DNA of 62,978 nucleotides, counting the filler, from Octopus bimaculoides (lineage: Eukaryota), in assembly GCF_001194135.2 (NCBI RefSeq). It is 5 parts of 3 records of this genome, joined end to end, with 100 filler letters (N's around TTAATTAATTAA, not from the genome) between each part and the next. Parts side by side here need not be neighbours in the genome. Positions count along the whole stretch, not along the records: positions 1 to 30,326 come from NC_068981.1; 4 more parts are not named here. One strand, 5' to 3'. Below, piece after piece: positions 12,946 to 25,769 of this stretch. The translations under genes and the position numbers were made by a program. Under the pieces are notes generated by a model. The model had not been told where the DNA came from. It was given only the letters and a program-made list of their open reading frames with translations, and did not search any database. Positions within the stretch are counted from its first letter, which is position 1; every line of letters begins with the position of its first letter.

Positions 12946-13687
12946 TTCACAAACCATTTAAGCCCGTTTTCAGATCAACTCTCGATTTCTCCAAGATCAC
13001 TCATTTGATGAATAAACTGTCAGAGACTATTATTTCTTGACAAACAGCTCGACTTTATAAATCTCATCTGAGCAGACGACGGCTGCACCACTAACAACAA
13101 CGAAAACAACAACAGCAAACTCCGACGACAGAATCGTTAATAAGAACAATATTAGCATCACAATCTCCATCACCATCGCCATCATTGTCTACATCAAAAA
13201 CAACGACATATTCTGAATCTGTGCATTCTTTGTCCACTGGTTCGTTCGCTCATTTATGTGTTTCTACATTTCAATACATAATTGACATGACAAGCCTACA
13301 GAGCGGCTGGCCTGGCTGCTGTAGAGGAAGGAAATAACGACTTAAGGATTATGGTTGTTATAGTCAACAACGCCTATTTACTGTAATCCCAGTTGTATTC
13401 CGACAGAAAGTGGTCTCAGTAACAGAGACATTAGATGGTATAACCTCAATGCTAAACCACCATTGAACGATCGATTCCAGGGCTTTGTGAGGTTCTTTTC
13501 AACTTAACCTGCGTATTAATTTTTTTTATTACATTAGAGTACATAATTTGTAGTAATTGTGTAGTAATAGGTATAAAAACATTTTCTATTTCTATGTTCG
13601 TATTACTGGTTCACCCAAAATAAATAGTTTTCTGCGAATAATCGAATATTACAGATATAGTTTGGAAAACTGGGATATACTCTAACT

Positions 13688-13846
13688 CAGCCGTGCCTGT
13701 GCGGTAAGAAGCTTGCTTTCCAACCACAGGGTTCTTGGGGTCAGTTCCACTGCGTGACACCTTGGGCTAATGTCTTCTATTATAGCCTCGTGCCAACCAA
13801 AGCTTTGTGGGTGGATTTGGTAGACAGAAACTGAAAGAAATCTGTC

Positions 13847-13909
<63 letters not shown>

Positions 13910-14320
13910 AATATATATATATGTATGTAGGCGCAGGTTTCGGGTTCAGTCCTACTGCGTAGCACCTTGGGCAAATGTCTTCTAGCATAGCCTCGGGCTG
14001 ACCAAAGCCTTGTGAACGGATTTGGTAGACGGAAACTGGAAGAAGCCCGTCGTATATGTATATATATATATATGTATGTATGTGTGTGTATATATTTGTG
14101 TGTCTGTGTTTGTCCCCCTCCCCAACATTGCCTGACAACCGATGCTGGTGTGTCTATTTCCCCATTACTTAGTGGTTCGCCAAAAGAGACTGATAGAATA
14201 AATACCAGGCTTAAACAAATATGTACCGTGGTCGGTTCATTCAACTAAAAGTTCTTGAATACGGTGCCCCAGCATGGCCATAATCTAATGACAGACACAA
14301 GTGAACGATAAAAAGCAAAA
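13688..14320 (+). mobile_element. Two tandem SINE B copies (5' half 13688-13850, then (TA)n, then a head-deleted copy 13928-14320)
   Basis: The B body motifs ccttgggc and gatttggtagac.gaaactg occur twice. The second copy has the internal (TA)(TG) tract and the 3' cccagcatggcca motif. Confidence 0.9.
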
Positions 14321-14990
14321 GCTATGATTCGATAGGAAACGCCCTCCTTTGAAGGAAAGACGCTTTTATATTCCTAGAATGTTGGTTGAGCAATGGATAA
14401 CCATCATATTTTAGTCAGAAAAACAATTCCTGTCTGAAATTGCGTTTGTTATTTAATATTGTAGTTTTTATTTATTCATTATGATATGGAAGAAAAGAAA
14501 GCTGCACGCCTTAAAACTTGAAAGAATGATGAGGATGTAGAATTGAATTTCTTGCTCAACGATACGGACAAGACACATGAATGATATAGATTCTTTCAGT
14601 TGGACTGTCGTATGTCATAGATTAATCATAACAACCGTACCCATCCATGCCACAACCATAGATACGACTACAATTCATCAAGGCTACAATGCTACTACAG
14701 TATTCTAAAACGATTTACCTTGACACCAAATCTAAACACGTCACAACTACAATACTGTCCTACAATCCCAAAAGTACAACCTTGTCACACACCGTGTCGC
14801 GCTGATTCTACCAAAAAAAAAAAAAACACGTTAAGAATACGCATACTTGCGGAATACTCGGCGACTTATACGCTCGTGTCAATGAGAACAGCTAAACCGA
14901 AACCGACGGAAAATATAATATACATATTCTTGTTTAGAATATCTCGAAGCACACATATAAAGCTATTAATAAAATTATTTTTTATTTTAT

Positions 14991-15209
14991 TTATGCGCCC
15001 TTCTAAAGCCTAGCCAGGCTCATGGGCCCGGTTTCCCGGTTTCTATGGCGTATGAGTACAACAGCGGTCGCCTCCACCCACTGCCAGAGCCTCGTGGAGC
15101 TTTAGGTGTTTTCGCTCAATAAACACTCACAACGCCCGGTCTGGGAATCGAAACCGCGATCCTCCGACCGCGAGTCCGCTGCCCTAACCACTGGGCCATT
15201 GCGCCTCCA
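14991..15209 (-). mobile_element. SINE family C (tRNA-Arg-like head) with an internal deletion
   Basis: Reverse complement of 52574-52886 but lacking about 90 nt of the body. A box tggcccagtgg and B box gtttcgattcc are intact. Confidence 0.9.
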
Positions 15210-15224
15210 CTATTAATAGAATAC

Positions 15225-15640
15225 TGGGTTGAAAATCTGTTTTGGACAGAAAAAAGCGTTGAAAGGTGCTGATGGGACTGGAAACCGTATTTCCTATAAA
15301 TATGACACACATTCTACTACCGTTCCAAAGCAATCTTTTGAATCTCTCTAAAACAATTTTAGTAATTTTACTCTTACCAGTGAGAATTGTATGTTGTTGA
15401 TGTCATGAGAAATTTATAAACTAATTTAGTTCCTCTTCTCTTTAAAGTTTATAAAACACTTATGATGTCAACAACGTACAAGTATCGCTGGTAAGAATAA
15501 AGTTTCTGAAATGGAAAGAGAGAAATTCAAAGGATTGCTTTGACCCTATGGTAGAACGTCTGTTATGTCTATAAGGAAACGTGGGTTCGAGTCCATCAAG
15601 CAGCCTGTGAATTATCTATCCAAAAGGGGTTTTTAAAATC
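15225..15640. mobile_element. Foldback (long palindromic) element
   Basis: The arm at about 15265-15422 pairs with 15444-15605, e.g. aaagcaatcttttgaat/attcaaaggattgcttt and cttaccagtg/cgctggtaag. Spacer about 21 nt. Confidence 0.8.
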
Positions 15641-15840
15641 AATATTTACATGCTATTATTTGTAGCTTTATGTATAAGCTTCGAGATATGCCAAACAGTA
15701 ATTATTCCACGTTCTCTCGAAAGTTTATAAAATTCTTATGACATCAACAACATACACATGCAGGCACAGACATGTATATATATATANNNNNNNNNNAATT
15801 TATAAAAAATTAAAATTAAATTGAGCCTTATAGATAAAGT

Positions 15841-15950
15841 ATATATAAAATATATATAGTTTTAGGGAAAATAACCAATTTTCAAGAACTCATCGATGAA
15901 AATCCACTATCACATATAGAAAAATTAATAATTAAAAGCACAATAAATGA
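15841..15950 (+). repeat. Unclassified AT-rich (TA)n-associated unit, copy 2
   Basis: Inverted copy of 6681-6800. Confidence 0.85.
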
Positions 15951-16478
15951 GTATAATATAAAGTAAAGTAAATATCATAAGATAAATATAATAAAAAGAT
16001 TACACGTGTTTCATAACCAATTTTCAAATAGAAAAGAAATTTAAATCGATTAAAATCAATTGAAATTATCGAAAATAAGTTCTATTCAAAAATATATATG
16101 TGTGTGTGTACATAAGTACATACATACACATACACTGGCACCATATAGTTATACACTCGTTTAGACATACATATGCATCGTTTCTACAAGTGTCTGTAAA
16201 GACTTAGATATGCACTCGGGTTTCCAACTCTTCACTCCAACCAATATGAAATATTTAGTTGATCTCGGTGGGTACTTAAATCAATTCGAAAAAAATCGCA
16301 CGATTTCGACTTGTTTTCGCTTCCTCAGCGACGAATACACCGGACTATCAAAGCCAAATCCAAAAATTGCTTGTTCCAATATAGAAATCTGTAAACAAAA
16401 CATTTACTGATTTGTATGAAAACTATTCAAGTTAAGATTTATACAGAAGGAATAGATGAATTATGATGATGGTGATGA

Positions 16479-16509
<31 letters not shown>

Positions 16510-16535
16510 AGTGGTGGTGGTGGTGGTGGTGGTGG

Positions 16536-16567
<32 letters not shown>

Positions 16568-17989
16568 TTGATGCCGCCGTAAGTGATAGTGAGGTTGATG
16601 AAAAAGGAATTGGTGATAAGGACGCCATTTGAATATATTTTATTTCAACCGAGATGATAATGTCTGGGAGACCTCTGCGTATCGAACCTTCGCACTTCAC
16701 TTGCCTTCTTACACGTCATTCACNNNNNNNNNNNNNNNNNNNNNNNNNNNNNNNNNNNNNNNNNNNNNNNNNNNNNNNNNNNNNNNNNNNNNNNNNNNNN
16801 NNNNNNNNNNNNNNNNNNNNNNNNNNNNNNNNNNNNNNNNNNNNNNNNNNNNNNNNNNNNNNNNNNNNNNNNNNNNNNNNNNNNNNNNNNNNNNNNNNNN
16901 NNNNNNNNNNNNNNNNNNNNNNNNNNNNNNNNNNNNNNNNNNNNNNNNNNNNNNNNNNNNNNNNNNNNNNNNNNNNNNNNNNNNNNNNNNNNNNNNNNNN
17001 NNNNNNNNNNNNNNNNNNNNNNNNNNNNNNNNNNNNNNNNNNNNNNNNNNNNNNNNNNNNNNNNNNNNNNNNNNNNNNNNNNNNNNNNNNNNNNNNNNNN
17101 NNNNNNNNNNNNNNNNNNNNNNNNNNNNNNNNNNNNNNNNNNNNNNNNNNNNNNNNNNNNNNNNNNNNNNNNNNNNNNNNNNNNNNNNNNNNNNNNNNNN
17201 NNNNNNNNNNNNNNNNNNNNNNNNNCACCACCACCACCACCACCACAACAACAACACAGTCAATCACCATATTTTTAATTTCCTGGGTGTATTCTCTTGC
17301 AGATCACCATCATTTTCATTTCTTCCCGCCTCCCCCCATTTCTCTCTCCTCTACTTTGTATGTTTAAGCCCTCTGTTGCTATATCTCATCCGTTTGATGC
17401 ATCCTGCTAGTCTATATCTCTTTGCGTCTCTCTATCAAACAAGTTGATTGTTAAACTGGCATCTTTAACATGAACCGCAAACACAAAGTTTACAACAGTA
17501 AAGAAATAATAATTAAAAAAAAACGTCCCCAGAATAACAAGAACAACAACGATACAAACTGCAATTGTAATTCCAACATCCGCCTCCCCATACCATTCTT
17601 TTAGCAAGACCTAAAGCCAAACCTTACGAAATCTTGGAGCGAAACTTGGAGTAAACCCATAAGTGATAGCGGAACACAAAGAGCAACAAAAAGCTGCAGC
17701 CATACCGACCACTCCTAACCCTAACCCAACCGAAAATTCAAGTGAAAATTCCAACTTCCATTCAACAAATTTTGGAAGGAATCATATTAAAAGAACAGGC
17801 GGAGTCATTCTGTCGGTGAAAGAATGGCAGATAACGCCACACACCACAGAATAATGCCATGCTTTATCTGAAATGCCGTTCCAAACAGTTAGAATCAAAA
17901 CGATGCGCTGTAAATAGTTCATTACTGTGTTTGCTTTTGTTTTTGTTTGTTTGTTGCTGATTTCTTTCTTTTTAATTAATAGAATTTCA

Positions 17990-18121
17990 ATAATTAATTA
18001 ATCCTTCTACAACATTGATCTCGAATTTTGCTGACACACCGCTATTCAGAAATATCGCGCTAGTAGTCATCGTAGTAGTGGCGGTGATGTTTGGGGTGAC
18101 GGCGGTGGTGGTGGTCGTCTT

Positions 18122-18164
<43 letters not shown>

Positions 18165-18378
18165 TTCATCATCCTTCTTATTAATAACATCATTAATAAC
18201 AATAACAGCAACAGTAATAACAGTAATGATAATAGTAATAATAATAACAACAACAACAACTACAACAATTATAAACTATAATAAAAATAAACAATAATAG
18301 CAATATCATTAACATTACGAATATAATTATAATTACAATCATGATTATTGTTATTAATTTTACAGAAAATTATTATCA

Positions 18379-18427
<49 letters not shown>

Positions 18428-18948
18428 CATCATCTTTATTATTATTATTATTACTATTATTGATATTTTAAAAACAATAACAACAATATATTGAATTATA
18501 ATAGTAAGAAGGATAATATGAAACGATGATGATGATGATAATGATGATGGTGATGGTGGTTGTGGTGGTGGCGGATGGTGATGGGTGGTGATGGTAAATA
18601 TCTTATGATGATGATGATGATGGTAATTATTATTATTATTATTATTATTGCTATTATTATTATTATTATTATTATTATTACTACTTTGATGAGGTTGATG
18701 TTAATGATGATGGGGATGATAATAAAGCTCACGATAGGAATAATAATAATTAACGATGATTATACGGATTAGTGTTTTTTGGTGGTGGTCGTGGTGGTAC
18801 CTGTGACGGTGGTGGTGGTGGTGGTGGTGGCGATTGTGGTGGCGTTTACGGTGATGACGGCGACAGCAACGAAGAAGGCTGATGCTGCTATTGCTGCTAT
18901 TGCTGATGATGATGATGATGATGATGAAGATGATGACGATGTCGATGT

Positions 18949-18986
<38 letters not shown>

Positions 18987-19340
18987 TTAATGATTTTCTA
19001 ATTAGGTATGAAACCTTAAAATTACAGTGGTTTGTGGATGACGAATTTAAATGATGTTGCTGCTGTGACTGCAGCCGCTGCGAATGCTGTCGATCATAAT
19101 GATCATTATGATGATGATGATGATGGTGTTGATGTTGGTGGTGGCAGCGGTGGTGTTGGTAGTAGTGTCGTCAGAGATGATAGTGATGATGATGATAATC
19201 ATCTTATCGTCATCATCATCGTCACATCATCATCATCATCAACTTGTCGATGGCGGTGCTAGTGGTACTGGTGGCCAGATTGTAATTGTAATGGCGGCGG
19301 TCGTGGTTGTGATGGTGGCGCTAACGATGGTAAGATAAGA
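17990..19340. repeat. Extended degenerate trinucleotide region (CAT, AAT, ATT, GAT, GGT)
   Basis: Directly visible. Source of the homopolymer ORFs in the track. Confidence 0.9.
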
Positions 19341-20358
19341 TCTGTCTTTTTAAAAAAAAAAATATTTATTTGTATATACTATTTTATATTGTTTTTTATT
19401 TTCAAATGAAAAAAAATATTGTAATTAAATTTATTCTAATAAAATTCTTCGTTCGAAACAATACTCTGTAGAATTCTTTGCATATAATTNNNNNNNNNNN
19501 NNNNNNNNNNNNNNNNNNNNNNNNNNNNNNNNNNNNNNNNNNNNNNNNNNNNNNNNNNNNNNNNNNNNNNNNNNNNNNNNNNNNNNNNNNNNNNNNNNNN
19601 NNNNNNNNNNNNNNNNNNNNNNNNNNNNNNNNNNNNNNNNNNNNNNNNNNNNNNNNNNNNNNNNNNNNNNNNNNNNNNNNNNNNNNNNNNNNNNNNNNNN
19701 NNNNNNNNNNNNNNNNNNNNNNNNNNNNNNNNNNNNNNNNNNNNNNNNNNNNNNNNNNNNNNNNNNNNNNNNNNNNNNNNNNNNNNNNNNNNNNNNNNNN
19801 NNNNNNNNNNNNNNNNNNNNNNNNNNNNNNNNNNNNNNNNNNNNNNNNNNNNNNNNNNNNNNNNNNNNNNNNNNNNNNNNNNNNNNNNNNNNNNNNNNNN
19901 NNNNNNNNNNNNNNNNNNNNNNNNNNNNNNNNNNNNNNNNNNNNNNNNNNNNNNNNNNNNNNNNNNNNNNNNNNNNNNNNNNNNNNNNNNNNNNNNNNNN
20001 NNNNNNNNNNNNNNNNNNNNNNNNNNNNNNNNNNNNNNNNNNNNNNNNNNNNNNNNNNNNNNNNNNNNNNNNNNNNNNNNNNNNNTATATATATATACAT
20101 ACATATATACATACATACACACACGCATATGCGCGCGTTTATGGTGATTTCAGAAACCAATTCATAGGCATGTATACATACATACATGTATGTGTATATA
20201 TATGTGTATATATATATTTATATATATATATATATATTTATATATATACATATATATGTGTGCATCTATATGTGCGTGCATCCTATATTATGGCTATGCA
20301 TGTATGTATATAGGTATGCATGTATCTTCCAGATTATGCATACATATACTTCTACTCA

Positions 20359-20444
<86 letters not shown>

Positions 20445-20895
20445 TTTTATATATATATATATATATATATACATATATATACACACACACATATATATAT
20501 ATGTGTGTGTGTATATATGTATGTATGTTTATATATACCTACACTTGTATGTGTATATAAATACGTGCTGATGAGTGTGTATAAACGTGCGTGCGTTCAT
20601 ACTTTCGCATTTGTTTATATAATCATATATTTAAATATGAATTTCTATAAATTATATGTAAATACATGTGCACCATATATGTATATTCATAGCGACAACT
20701 AATTTTATGTAGCTGTAAGGGCATACACGCGTACACGCACAGTGACATACGCACAGTGACACACGTACACACATGCACACATGCACACATGCACACACAC
20801 CCGCCCGTACACACAATTTTGCATGTATATCACAGCATTTTACAGGTTATATATATACATGATATATGTATGTATACACGTTCGTGTGTGTGTGT

Positions 20896-20933
<38 letters not shown>

Positions 20934-21302
20934 ATATATATATATATATCCCTATACAAATACAAGTATATATATATATGTATATATAATATATATACTT
21001 ATATTTGTATAGGGATATATATATATATATATATATATATGCATAGGTACACACACTCTTATGTATATATATATATATATATNNNNNNNNNNNNNNNNNN
21101 NNNNNNNNNNNNNNNNNNNNNNNNNNNNNNNNNNNNNNNNNNNNNNNNNNNNNNNNNNNNNNNNNNNNNNNNNNNNNNNNNNNNNNNNNNNNNNNNNNNN
21201 NNNNNNNNNATATATATACATATATATATGCATATATATTCATAATATACATATTCATATGCATGCACTGCTATATATACATACATACATCGGGAGAAAG
21301 AG

Positions 21303-21363
<61 letters not shown>

Positions 21364-21668
21364 TCAGTGAAAAAGAAAAGGAGAGGGGAAGAGAGCAACA
21401 TCTATAGAAAATGAAAGAAAGAAACAGTAAAAAGGAATTAATTAATGGCATGGATAATGAGAAAACTTTAGAAAAATTGTGAGATTGTTAATTATGTTGA
21501 TGTATACAAATGGAAATCAGTGATTTGTGTTTAGAAACAGATTGTGGAAACTTGGATGTTAACTTTACGAGTTCAATCTCCGTGCACATTCGGTACAAAA
21601 CCAGCTTGATTGTATTTGAAAAAGAAGGCAACCTTATCACTCAGTTCAACCGAAAACTACGTCCTTAC

Positions 21669-21730
21669 CTTGTCCTGTACACAATTTCTGGGAAAAGCTT
21701 CCGTTAATTTACTTCCACCGCCATGTTGAG
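21669..21730 (-). promoter_or_regulatory. Probable TATA-less promoter and non-coding first exon of a minus-strand gene
   Basis: The minus strand reads aacATGGCGGtGGAAGTaaattaaCGGAAGcttttcccagaaattgtgtacaggacAAG|GTAAGG. It has a YY1 consensus CCGCCATNTT (21718-21727), two ETS cores (21711-21716, 21698-21703) and a strong 5' splice donor at 21668. Confidence 0.55.
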
Positions 21731-21847
21731 TGTTGAAAATAAAAAAAGATGGATCTTTTTTTTCTTGTTGCTAATATTATCTCCATTTGCAAATCCTGCC
21801 CATGTTGACTTCGCCTTTCATTCTTTCGCAGACGATAAAGCAAATCG

Positions 21848-22033
21848 TGGCACTCCGTCGCTTACGACGTCGAGGGTTCCAGTTGATCCGGTCAACGGAA
21901 ACACCCTGCTCGTGAAATTAACGCGCAAGTGGCTGAGCACTCCACAGACACGTGTACCCTTAACGTAATTCTCAGGGATATTCAGCGTGACACAGAGTGT
22001 GACAAGGCTGGCCCTTTTGAAATACAGATACAA
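21848..22033 (-). mobile_element. SINE family D, 3' half
   Basis: ggcactccgtcg...gttccagttgatccg...gctgagcactccacagacacgtgtacccttaacgta...gtgacacagagtgtgacaagg, as in 54656-54968. Confidence 0.9.
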
Positions 22034-22074
22034 GAGAAACAGGAAGAAAGAGTGAGGGAAAGCTGTGGTGAAAG

Positions 22075-22228
22075 AGTACAGCAGGGTTCGCCATCATCCC
22101 CTGTCGGAACCTCGTTGAGATTTAGGTGTTTTCGCTCAATAAACACTCACAACGCCCGGTCTGGGAATCGAAACCGCGATCCTATGACCGCGAGTCCGCT
22201 GCATGTGGAGGCCATTGCGCCTCCACAT
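22075..22228 (-). mobile_element. SINE family C, 5' half
   Basis: ttaggtgttttcgctcaataaacactcacaacgcccggtctgggaatcgaaaccgcgatcc...gccattgcgcctcca. Confidence 0.9.
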
Positions 22229-22285
22229 GAATTAAATACCGGTGAAGCACTGGGGTTGATGTAATGAATTATTAATTTATTCTTT

Positions 22286-22458
22286 TATTTGTCCCAGTCA
22301 TTTGACTGCGGCTATGCTGGAGCACCGCCTTCAGTCGAAGAAACCGAGTCCAAGACTTATTCTTTGTAAGCCCAGTACTTATTCTACCGAACCGCTAGGT
22401 TAAAGAGACATAAACACACCAATATCAGTTGTCAAGTGATGGTGGGGGTTCAAATACA

Positions 22459-22465
<7 letters not shown>
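22286..22465 (-). mobile_element. SINE family B, 3' half
   Basis: cagtcatttgactgcggctatgctggagcaccgcc...gacttattctttgtaagcc. Confidence 0.85.
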
Positions 22466-22500
<35 letters not shown>

Positions 22501-23685
22501 NNNNNNNNNNNNNNNNNNNNNNNNNNNNNNNNNNNNNNNNNNNNNNNNNNNNNNNNNNNNNNNNNNNNNNNNNNNNTATATACAACTTGAATATAGGGTA
22601 AAATCTTTATAAGAATTTATCAAGTAGTTTGCGTGAAAAACATCATAAGGGTAAAATTTATTAATTATTCCCTATAAATATATTTATTTATATTAAGGGC
22701 ATTACTATACATAAATGCCTCACGCTAGGAGGGACTCTTAAAGTCAAAACTACCATAATAAACACATTGTACCGAGCGCGAGTGAATGCAACTCTCGAAG
22801 CGAGCCTTTTAAAATCAGACTCAGCTGTATATCATATGGTTTCATAATTAGTGCACAAAATGCACTTTTTTAATCGTCAGTGCAAGCATAATCAAGCACG
22901 TGTGTATATATGTATACACATACATCAAATGTATGTCTTTTGTTTTTCCGCTCTTTTTTTCTCTTTTTATAAATGCAATGGTTTGACTTGGCTGCTATAT
23001 CTAGCAGATTCTCACGTTGGTTTCTCTTCGTATTAGAAAATTTATCGGAACTTAAATATCAAAATTAAGAATTATTGTTAGAAGTTTATAAATTAAAATG
23101 AAATGATCAAGAATCGAAACCGAAGTGTGTACATTGACTGTAGGCTTTATCCCAATGATGCTAATCGTACAAATATTCATCGCATTAATAAAGATTCGTC
23201 TCTTAAAACGTGCACGTGTCCCATATGTGAATGACGTGTGCAACACTTGCATGGCTTTCCATGGTCCTTATGTATTAGCCATTATACACTTTATCAGCAT
23301 GTCTATGTTAATGAGGTGGGCGGAAAAGCAATAAAAGCGATCTTGCCTTTAAATAACACCCTATCGTTATATCTGACAGCGAAGATCTGAGCCAATATTT
23401 ACATGGTTGTTTGGCCTATTTGATGCTTGTTAAATCATGTGTACAAAGTCCGAGCAACCGCATCTTCACTTTGGACAGTCTGTAAATGTAACTTCACTCA
23501 ACACCTTTGATTATTTGCACTAATTACCACTAACGCCCTATAATCATTTATATTTGAAGCAATAAGAAGTCTCACTCTTTAATCAAGAGGACATTTCCCA
23601 TCAGTTTTTGCAAGACACCGGAGATAATATACGTATATCAATACGTACACATATACATACGTATACATATATACATATGCACACA

Positions 23686-24027
<342 letters not shown>

Positions 24028-24117
24028 ACACACACACACACGCACACACTACATATTCATTTCCATAGCCAACAAAATATGTGGATGTTTGAGCACGTGT
24101 ATATGCGTACAGGTTTG

Positions 24118-24164
<47 letters not shown>

Positions 24165-24199
24165 ATGGTGGGTGTTTGCTCATTACAAAGCTTGACCAC

Positions 24200-24525
24200 G
24201 TCACTGTCCACGATACTCAGTTCTGGCATGAGATCTTATATGGCTTTTTAGACCAGAAGTACTTTCAGAGAGAAACTGCTCACTAGATTTGGCGCAGCTT
24301 GAAGTGACTGTGGTGTTCGATTTTGGCAAACCTTGAAACGTTTCTTTAGACTTCCTTTGGGTTTGTATAACCCGTGGCACATATGGTACTGATGAGGGCG
24401 AGTTAATAGGTATGCTCTTCTCTATCCATTGGCATGTTCTATAATTAGAAGGAAGTGTCCTCTTGTGGTCTCTTATGTGAGATTTAAGTTCAACATCAGA
24501 CAAACAGATTTTGTATCAAAATGTA
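24200..24525 (-). pseudogene. Two decayed C2H2-type zinc fingers, probably the C-terminus of the adjacent RTE LINE
   Basis: The minus frame reads CTF*YKICLSDVELKSHIRDH (C-x2-[C>stop]-x3-C-x5-L-x2-H-x3-H) and, further on, STSGLKSHIRSH. No TGEKP linker. Collinear with the RTE at 25770-26100 across the SINE B insertion. Confidence 0.6.
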
Positions 24526-24528
24526 CAA

Positions 24529-25379
24529 GTAGGAGAGGCTGTGTGCTAAGTAGCTTGCTTACCAACCTCATGGTTCTGTGTTCAGTCCCACTGCGTGGCA
24601 CCTTTGGCGGTAAGTGTCTTCTACTGTAACCTCGGGTTGACCAAAGCCTTGTGATTGGATTTGGTAGACGGAAACTGAAAGAAGTCCGTCGTATATATGG
24701 ATATATATATATATATATATATANNNNNNNNNNNNNNNNNNNNNNNNNNNNNNNNNNNNNNNNNNNNNNNNNNNNNNNNNNNNNNNNNNNNNNNNNNNNN
24801 NNNNNNNNNNNNNNNNNNNNNNNNNNNNNNNNNNNNNNNNNNNNNNNNNNNNNNNNNNNNNNNNNNNNNNNNNNNNNNNNNNNNNNNNNNNNNNNNNNNN
24901 NNNNNNNNNNNNNNNNNNNNNNNNNNNNNNNNNNNNNNNNNNNNNNNNNNNNNNNNNNNNNNNNNNNNNNNNNNNNNNNNNNNNNNNNNNNNNNNNNNNN
25001 NNNNNNNNNNNNNNNNNNNNNNNNNNNNNNNNNNNNNNNNNNNNNNNNNNNNNNNNNNNNNNNNNNNNNNNNNNNNNNNNNNNNNNNNNNNNNNNNNNNN
25101 NNNNNNNNNNNNNNNNNNNNNNNNNNNNNNNNNNNNNNNNNNNNNNNNNNNNNNNNNNNNNNNNNNNNNNNNNNNNNNNNNNNNNNNNNNNNNNNNNNNN
25201 NNNNNNNNNNNNNNNNNNNNNNNNNNNNNNNNNNNNNNNNNNNNNNNNNNNNNNNNNNNNNNNNNNNNNNNNNNNNNNNNNNNNNNNNNNNNNNNNNNNN
25301 NNNNNNNNNNNNNNNNNNNNNNNNNNNNNNNNNNNNNNNNNNNNNNNNNNNNNNNNNNNNNNNNNNNNNNNNNNNNNNN

Positions 25380-25412
<33 letters not shown>

Positions 25413-25664
25413 TATATATAAACATATATATATATGTGTATGTGTGTGTATATGTTTGTATCTGTGTTTGTCACCCCAACATCGCTTGACAACCGATGCT
25501 GGTGTGTTTACGTCCCCGTAACTTAGCGGTTCGGCAAAAGAGACCGATAGAATAAGTTCTAGGCTTACAAGGAATAAGCCCTGGGGTCGATTTGCTCGAC
25601 TAAAGGCGGTGCTCCAGCATGGCCACAGTCAAATGACTGAAACATGTAAAAGAGTAAAAGAGTA
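24529..25664 (+). mobile_element. Full SINE B whose internal (TA)n spans an assembly gap
   Basis: 5' half at 24529-24695, (TA)n plus N gap, 3' half at 25440-25664 ending gagtaaaagagtaaa. Confidence 0.9.
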
Positions 25665-25769
25665 AATGAGTACCAAAAGTTTCAACCAAGTTCATATTCC
25701 CTCATCTTTTCAACCTAATATTTATCTGTACTTTCACACTAACCTATATTTTTGAGTGAAAGACGGAGT

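Noticed and set aside
16455-16631. ATG followed by Asp/Gly repeats with a GTAAGT donor-like site at 16578
   Set aside because: Microsatellite-derived reading frame. A single donor 6-mer is expected by chance.
17407-17607. ORF with a transmembrane-like stretch GITIAVCIVVVLVILG
   Set aside because: Antisense of AAC-rich sequence gives hydrophobic residues by default. Starts at TTG and has no convincing splice pair.
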